A DNA stretch of 60,019 nucleotides, filler included, from Basidiobolus ranarum (Eukaryota): NCBI GenBank assembly GCA_040143965.1. It is 9 parts of 9 records of this genome, joined end to end, with 100 filler letters (N's around TTAATTAATTAA, not from the genome) between each part and the next. Parts side by side here need not be neighbours in the genome. Positions count along the whole stretch, not along the records: positions 46,804 to 53,369 come from JASJQH010008171.1; positions 53,470 to 60,019 come from JASJQH010008172.1; 7 more parts are not named here. The stretch is one strand, 5' to 3'. Shown in pieces: positions 52,850-60,019 of this stretch. The position numbers were made by a program, and so were the translations under genes. The notes under the pieces were generated by a model. The model made no database searches, had not been told where the DNA came from, and worked only from the letters and a program-made list of their open reading frames with translations. Each line of letters starts with the position of its first letter. Positions within the stretch are counted from its first letter, which is position 1.

Positions 52850-53261
52850 CCTTTAAGTATACTGATGGCAGCATTGTCACCAATATATACAATGATATTA
52901 GCTTCAAAACAAAATCAACCCATCTGAACCACATTAGAAAAACATTAAAATTCCATAATCAAAGGCTCCAAGAAGCCATCTATAAGCATTGGTGATTTAG
53001 GTCCAGATATGACGGTTAGTATCATAATATTATGACCATTATGCCACTCCAAAGAAGGAAAATTTAGGTTAATTACAATTATTGGCCAGCAAGCCCTTCC
53101 AATGTTGTGCTTGTTCAGTGAGAAACCATCCAGAGCCAATGCAAATGCATTATCATATGTGTTCACAAAGAAACCTTGACTTTTCAGATTTTGGTAGTGA
53201 GATCGATTAATTATATTGGCCATGCCATCAGCTTTCTGTTGAGTCCTTTGATAATGAATCA
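52850..53261 (-). mobile_element. CACTA/CMC (Transposase_21-like) transposase relic
   Basis: LALDGF..CWPIIVINLNFP..NIMILTVISGPKSP..DGFLEPLI, then GDNAA after a break. Confidence 0.88.
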
Positions 53262-53369
53262 CCCTAACAGAAATTTGAGGATTGTTATCGTAGGAAAACC
53301 GTCACAATTTTAATCCATTTGGGGTTGACCGTTTACTTACCGTCATAAAAACGTCAAGTTAGATTTGAT
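53262..53369 (+). mobile_element. Young CACTA/CMC terminus retaining CpGs, truncated by contig end
   Basis: CCCTAACAGAAATTTGAGG; five intact CpGs that are mutated in the 45601, 46265 and 46554 copies. Confidence 0.8.
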
Positions 53370-53469
53370 NNNNNNNNNNNNNNNNNNNNNNNNNNNNNNN
53401 NNNNNNNNNNNNNTTAATTAATTAANNNNNNNNNNNNNNNNNNNNNNNNNNNNNNNNNNNNNNNNNNNN
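53370..53469. other. Artificial contig-join spacer
   Basis: N44-TTAATTAATTAA-N44. Confidence 0.99.
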
Positions 53470-54123
53470 CAAAATTGTCGGTCTCCTTTGTCGCCTAATT
53501 AAACCGAATTCACACAGTAATAAGGCTAATCACGCAGAAACACTCACGCAACGCCTAATAGAGTAACAATGAGTGAGGATATAATTTTCCGAAAATGACT
53601 GAGCAGGAAATGAATCATTCGCATTTTGAAACGCTGCATCAATGACAAAGGGGTGCATAAAACTTTATGGAGCAGTGTTGAGCGGAGTATTGGGATCTCT
53701 CTTGGCTTGATATGAGACTCTGAAGAACCCCTGGTCCTACATACTATGTACGTTATTGATTCTGGGAAGTTTTGGCCATGATAGTGCATATATAGTGGCT
53801 GGTTATTCCATCAAAAGAAAGAGAATTTCATATTCATTTACTTCGATTTCCTTCGGACGCTTGACGCGCCTTTAAATGTTTATATAGACTCTACTAAACT
53901 TTCATCACAAACTTCGCAAGCACTTTGTGTTAACTGTACTTCCTGAAAAGGTCATGGGCATTGAACACAACTTATTTATATTTTGATTAATACCAACAAC
54001 TTTGTATTCACCTTGGATTTCACTCATCTCTCTATTCCCCACTTGTGGCTATTTTCCTCCGACTCAACTCCGAACACGCCGACTTCATAGACCCTATCCT
54101 ATTAATCTTAAACCATAATAAAA

Positions 54124-54610
54124 ATGGAGATGGATTGGTGCATTATCTGCGACAAACAAGTGTTTGTGAGGGTAAGTTTTATGGGTATCTATCGAAACAT
54201 TGATATGATTCCTATTCTAATGTGTTTGTAATTTTTAGGAAAGTTTGTATTGCAGTGACGGATGTCGACAAAAAGACCACAGCACTGCCAAGAGCAACTT
54301 AGACTTGAACCACCCCACTAATTCCCTGACGTTCTCACGTATCCCCAATCGGCTTGTTAAACTTCCAACGCTTTCCATACCTAGCAGGAAGTCCATTAGG
54401 AACAGTAGTCATACTGGCGTTGCAGTGATAAAATCAAGCCACAGCTCGGTGAGATTTGACTCTCTGCTAACTCCGCCGACTACCCCTCGTTTAATGCCCC
54501 GCGGCATGGAGGGCTGGAATACCTTATGGCATGATAAAAAGTCGCCTGATGTGTTACCTATAGAGAACCAGAGATGCTGGGAACTGAATTCCACTCATTT
54601 CCTTTATTAG
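54124..54610 (+). CDS. ECL1: Ecl1-family zinc-binding lifespan regulator (2 exons)
   Basis: MEMDWCIICDKQV|ESLYCSDGCRQKD = C-x2-C..LYCS-x2-C-x3-D signature; intron 54172-54238. Confidence 0.8.
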
Positions 54611-55378
54611 CTGAAAGCACATCGAACGGGTCTTGGTGCACCTTGGACCATAGATGATTGCACTTCCCACTGTCAAAAAATTCACAAAAAATTCATAGGT
54701 TTAAACAGTCAAGTCTTTTGTGTGGTTCTCCCTTGGAGAACTTCCAAGATTTGCTCAGCTTAACGATTTTCATCGAATAACTTGCTCCTTCCGGGCCCAT
54801 ATTACATCTAAATTAAAGATTTTGTCTTCATCTGTATTGCACAACCAATTAAAAGTCAACAATAATTCAATTTGGCCAAGTGGTACGATCCTTATATTAC
54901 TCACAAACACATTTCATTGGTTGTTCCTCAATGAAGTGGCTATTAAAGTGCAGAATAGCAGAGGCTACCAGAACGACAGAGTTGGTTTGATATTCAAGAC
55001 CCGTTCTCGTAACTTTCGCAGGGTTATAGCCCAAGATAGCCACCCTGTAATCACGAACAGACGTAAGTTTGATGCTACAACAGAGCAACAACATCGCCAA
55101 GGCACTAATTGAGATGTTCCAGGGAAATCAATTTATTAACACTTTGAGAACGAATAAATGCTTCCATAGTAAATGAAATACAACAAAAGTCAAATAAACA
55201 AGAGAATCTGGAGTCGATGTAATCGTGTTACTATTGTTACAGAGAGCAGAGGAAGATAATCAATTGATAGAATCAATATATCCAAAACTAAATAAAGCTT
55301 CGCGAGTGGAGTTTCTTGAACAGTTGTAAACCCGGCAAATTGAATGGCGGAGCGGTTCGCCAGACGCACCAATATACA

Positions 55379-56093
55379 CTAAATGAGTAAGTGTACCAAT
55401 AGAGTTTTAACCATGCTGTATGCCCAGGTGGCTCCATCAGACAAATGGATTGGTTCAACCGTCACGTCTGACTCTGTTTCGGATTGCTGGACAGGTGGTG
55501 GATAAGGTCTTGATGATTCCTGTTGCTCTTGTGGTTGTGGAATATGCTTTCCATTGTATAAGGGATTGGGCTTGTCTCCTGGGACTGCCTTCAAGCCGCG
55601 AATAGTAACCCTATGTTCTTTAGTCGCAGTTACTACCTCGTTTGAGCCTTTCTGAGCCTGTGAATAAATCATCTTTATTCTATAAAGAGTACCAGCTTCA
55701 TATTCGGAGTTAATTTCAGTTGGTATCTCCCAGTAATGAGCCAAGTATGGTTTACGACGAGGAAGGTCGGTTAGGGGCTTAGGTCCAAAAATGGTTTGAA
55801 GTTTAAGTTTACCAAACTCGTCAAACAAAATTAGAGTGATTGTTGGATCGCCAACGAGATTCGCTTCAGGGGTATTGATGACATTCAGCTCCATAAAATC
55901 TCCAGCGTTATAGGTTGGCTTGATGGAGAGGTAATCAAAGTCAATCGAAGCTATAAAGTTTCAAGGAATTAGGTAAGTTTCAGTTCCATGTGAGGGCACC
56001 TCTATACGTAAAGAGTTGACTAATTTACTTACCAAGAACGCTTACTGCACAAAAGCAAATGAGATACATGTGTTTAAAGAAGGCTCCAGTCAT
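55379..56093 (-). CDS. Putative secreted/surface protein of unknown function (at least 2 exons; 3' end uncertain)
   Basis: Signal-like MTGAFFKHMYLICFCAVSVL, GT-AG intron, then IDFDYL..YNAGDFMEL beta-rich domain and P/Q/E-rich linker. Confidence 0.6.
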
Positions 56094-57127
56094 GATGTCG
56101 ATTCGCAACTTGGCGCACACTTAAAGAACCTCGTAGAAATTATGTAGGTGGATAGATAAAAGAAAAACTAGTGACAAAGTGCACTACTATAAACCAGAAG
56201 ACAAAATAGAATCAGTCACGAGGTGAAAGTAGAGAATATATAGAAGACAACAAGGGCCAAAGACAAAGTAATCAATAAAGAACTGTGGGAACAATTATAT
56301 AAGACAATGAAAGATATCCAATGTTTGATATCCCTACACCGGATTCCAACCTCCATGCCATTCTCATTAATATATGTACAGGCTCTTCATGTTCTCACCC
56401 GAGATCCTTTGATCACTCCTACTTTTCGATCAGAATTCCGTGGCTAGCTCTGCGGTAGCTCACCCTACACACCCCTGAACCCCAAAATACTGGTCACTCA
56501 TCCAGCCAATACCCCAAGTAGGACTGAGAATAGGCACTATTACGCCTAACTCATTAAACATCAGCCAATCAACAATGCCTCTATAACGGCTGAGATTAAA
56601 CTCTTATTTCTTTATAATCAATGTTTCTAATTTTAGCATCGTTTGTCACTTTCATCGAGATCACATGGACACATATATACCCATAGCATCAATCAATGGT
56701 CACAACGACTGCCAGATAGGCTGAGTAAATGAAGATGACATGGTGATTATAAATAGATTCCTTAGGTTTGTGTGTGCCAAACAGGGTTGGCATGATAAGG
56801 TGAAGTCTTTAATTGAATTTAGCGTGTGGCTGGATATTTTCTGAGCATTCTCTAGAATTCATGCAGAGGATGACACGAGCTTGTGAAAGAAGGCGAGGAA
56901 CCAGAAACTCTAAGAACAAAAAGGCGGCACACACCGGGCAGCACTGCAAATGTAGTGAGATTACAATCATGAAAGCTGGCGTTTATAAAGAGCAGCCGCA
57001 AGGTTTTGGTTCATTACAATGGACACTAACGGCCATGAAGCTGAAACAGAATACCTTCATATAACTAAGTAAACACTCACTCTAAAGGCGTACGAATCCC
57101 CCATATACCGGCCACTTCAAAGCCTTC

Positions 57128-58495
57128 CTATCTGCGTCGGGTTATTCCTTGGATTTCCCCCAAATTGAGGTAGCCTGATTTGGTTTTGCCTTTCGAGTCC
57201 TCCCAGTTAGCACGGCAATAAACTATAAGGAAAAAGGTTAATGCGGCGGCTCGCTAAACATCCACCAGTGTCTAATGCAATTACCGCATGTAACTAGGGT
57301 TCCCGACTTTCGTTTTGCCGCGCTCCAATGGCTCCAACAATCCTGATGTAACGTAAAATTTACCCCAATACTACCAAACATGTGATGAGAATACACGTAC
57401 CTCATGAACATTATTACCACATTGCATCTTACACCAGACAAGTTTGTCGGATGTCTACATCTCTTAGTAGCATATAGGACATTCACCAACCACAGGCTTG
57501 CGTTGAGAGTCATGTGTCTCGTCCTGAATCTCACCGCCTTGACAGTGGGTTTCGTACGCCTTGCGCGCCCGATCGTTCGCCTGGTGATGATATAATATTG
57601 TAGTTAGCCTCAGTGGAGTAACGTGCAGAATGACGAAATTCGTATAACGTACCAAACTGCTCAAGTCCGGTGCGCTATTTAATATACTTTTGAGTTCCTG
57701 CCCAGGTATATGAGTATCACGAGGAAACTGCAACTGAAATTTACTGTTTAACTTACTGAAGCTAACAAAGCCGCCTGATATATACATGGACTTGTACTAG
57801 GTACTTGCAAAACCTTGAGGTAAACAAATAGAATGTGTTTACAAAGGTTTCCACGAACGTAATCGGGACAATCGCAATTTGGGAGATGTCCTATATAAAC
57901 GTTGTAGACCTTCAAGCAATAAAATAAGAATGAATCCAACAGGGTACATGACGTAAATCAGGTGTTAAAATAACGCTACATTGCCTGTGGAGCCAAGAAC
58001 CGCAAATTTCTGACTAATGTCGGAGATTACTTCTCGTTCCAGCAGGAACATACGTTGGTTTTGAGCACGCTCAATACGCTGTTGTACTTTCTAGTACAGA
58101 ATTCGTTCAAAAGTGAATATCAAATGTAGAAGTTATGCAGGAGGGTTGAATTTCAAAAGAATTACCTCAGAACAAGCTTTACGAAAACGTTTCATTCTCT
58201 TTTCTTTCTCCACTACCTTTTTAACTTGAACCAAGGTAGTAGTAGAGGTATTTCTTGTCGGGCCTTCTCCATTTTCAACTCCTTGCAATAGCTGAACCTT
58301 TTCTCTTCGATTCTTGCTTACTTTCTTTCTCTTGGACGATTCTGTATCACTATTTTCAAGTATTATTGGATTTCTGGATTCTCTAGGTTCCTCCACTTTT
58401 ACATCAGACCTCTCACGTATCCTAGCACTTCGTCGTCTAGGAGTAGTTGCTTCGATTGATTCTTCATTCTCAGAGGTCAAGTCGTATACTTTCAT
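57128..58495 (-). pseudogene. SWIM zinc finger plus RING finger protein with two in-frame stops (pseudogene or consensus errors)
   Basis: RIERAQNQRMFLL..FAVLGSTGN|VYNV..CDCPD..CKHILFVYLKVL; RING CPICY*EM*TSDKLVWCKMQCGNNVH|..C|VYCRANW..GYLNL. Confidence 0.8.
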
Positions 58496-58886
58496 AATAC
58501 CTAGAATGTTTTGGGAATACCAATATAACCTACCGCTTTCTTCAATATAGCTATGATCCAAATTTGCCGCAGCGATGTTGGCCTTCAAATCAATTCAAAC
58601 AGGCTAATCTCATGTATGATTCATATAATAATTCCGAGAAAGATAGCTCACAATCACTTTTCCAAATTGAAAGCGATGACATCTTTATATTGTTGGCGGG
58701 TGATCTTTTATTATACTCATGATGCTTATACATCTTAATAAGGGAAAGAGAGTAGGATTATATCAGGAAGCGAAATATAGAGGAAGCATATTAGAATGTA
58801 TCTGCTTTAATGTGGTTATAAGAGAGCTAGAGTGTTAATACCAGATATAAGAGATGGATTATATATAGCAACATGGCTAATCAACT

Positions 58887-59559
58887 TCAGACAGTAATCT
58901 TAACACCCAACAACTTGATGAATTCACGAACGAGAGCGGGGTGAGCGGGCCAGGCTTTAGCAGTAACAAGGTTACCGTCGACAATGGCATCCTCAATTCC
59001 GCAATCTTGGAACTTACCTCCAGCAAGAGAAACTTCTGGAGTGCAAGCGGGATAAGCGGTGCAGTTCTTACCCTTCAACAAGTCAGGGTATTTGACAGCA
59101 GCAGCAGATAGGATTTGAATTCCATGACAAATGGCAGATACAGGCTTGTTAAGCTTGAAGAATTCGACCACATACTCCAAGACTTGAGAATTCAAGCGTA
59201 GATATTCGGGTGCTCTACCACCGGGGATGTAAAGACCATCATAGTCGGAGATCTTGACGGCATCAAAGTCATAGTTGAGGTCGAAGTTGTGACCAACCTT
59301 CTCAGAGTATGTCTGATCTCCCTCGAAGTCGTGAATAGCGGTACGAATCTTTATTGAAGGAATATAGGAATGAATAAATGTTGCCGTTGAAATACTCTGA
59401 AAGTTGGAAACTGTTGCTTACCTTATCGCCGGACTTCTTTTCGGGGCAGACGACATCTACTTGAAAACCGACAGCCAACAAGGCTTGGTAAGGAACCATT
59501 ATCTCGTAGTCCTCGACGTAATCACCAGCAATGACCAAGATTCTTTTACCAAGTGACAT
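58887..59559 (-). CDS. DJ-1/PfpI family protein (glyoxalase III / deglycase-like), one intron 59349-59421
   Basis: [49 protein letters not shown] nucleophile, DGNLVTA.AWPAHP. Confidence 0.93.
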
Positions 59560-59945
59560 ATTGAATAAACTTTCTCTGTTTGGAACTTCGAAGTCGGACG
59601 TATGGGCTGTTCTAACGGCTTATATAGCTCCACTCTACTACATGTATGCCATCATCATCGGTGCCCACGTGACGTGTAGTATTAGTAATACCTGATGGCA
59701 TTACGTACAAAGCAGACCATTGACTTTGAATAGACTTTGTCGCTACACGTGGATATCGATGGATTTGCTCGAATTATTGCGTGAGATCCACGCCTTTTTG
59801 GTGAAAATACAGAAAACTAACACTGGGGTTGTGTTCAGAACATCTGTGTGAGTCAAATGAGCTATCTTGGGGCAATTTGGACGAGTTCAAAATTTCCAAT
59901 ATGGACTTGCTAATTCTCACATTATTCACATATATATATTATATA

Positions 59946-60019
59946 TGTTGCAATTTTCAGCTAAGTGATATTGGACTAAGTAATGCTAACTAACTTATAT
60001 GTGATATATGAAATAGTTA
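59946..60019 (+). repeat. Start of LTR-like repeat family D, next to a TA run
   Basis: TGTTG after (TA)n; closely matches 20089-20134; CpG-free. Confidence 0.6.

Noticed and set aside
6601..53469. Regularly spaced TTAATTAATTAA motif every ~6.7 kb
   Set aside because: Artificial linker inside N runs; contig lengths fall monotonically (6600 to 6550), so this is a length-sorted concatenation. ORFs containing X are artefacts.
57128..58495. Genome-wide TAA/TAG reassignment
   Set aside because: BolA, WHI2, hydratase, DAP1, PRP38B and the methyltransferase end normally at TAA/TAG and have no internal stops.

Overview
This window is not one locus. It is nine unrelated eukaryotic contigs (1-6600, 6701-13296, 13397-19988, 20089-26672, 26773-33354, 33455-40031, 40132-46703, 46804-53369, 53470-60019) sorted by decreasing length and joined by artificial 100-nt spacers (N44-TTAATTAATTAA-N44), so cross-contig synteny is meaningless. 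Gene content (WHI2, SFP1, ECL1, DAP1, CBM19-like) and short GT-AG introns indicate a fungus; my inference is an early-diverging lineage, not proven. There are two sequence compartments. The first has normal CpG content and holds the genes: secreted proteins, BolA, a DIM-2/DNMT1-class C5 DNA methyltransferase, WHI2, enoyl-CoA hydratase, PRP38B, a NIF/Nem1-like phosphatase, DAP1, SFP1, ECL1, a SWIM-RING protein and a bacterial-like PfpI. The second is almost CpG-free and consists of nested, decayed transposons: Ty1/copia with half-tRNA(iMet) primer sites, Ty3/gypsy gag, CACTA/CMC and PIF/Harbinger. The strongest signals are: copy-by-copy CpG->TpG/CpA decay between a young and three older CACTA ends, with a candidate methyltransferase in the same assembly; a ~2.7-kb imperfect palindrome; two in-frame stops at probable Glu positions in a RING domain; and a 1-nt frameshift splitting the SFP1 zinc fingers. 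I cannot support a clearly novel multi-gene system.
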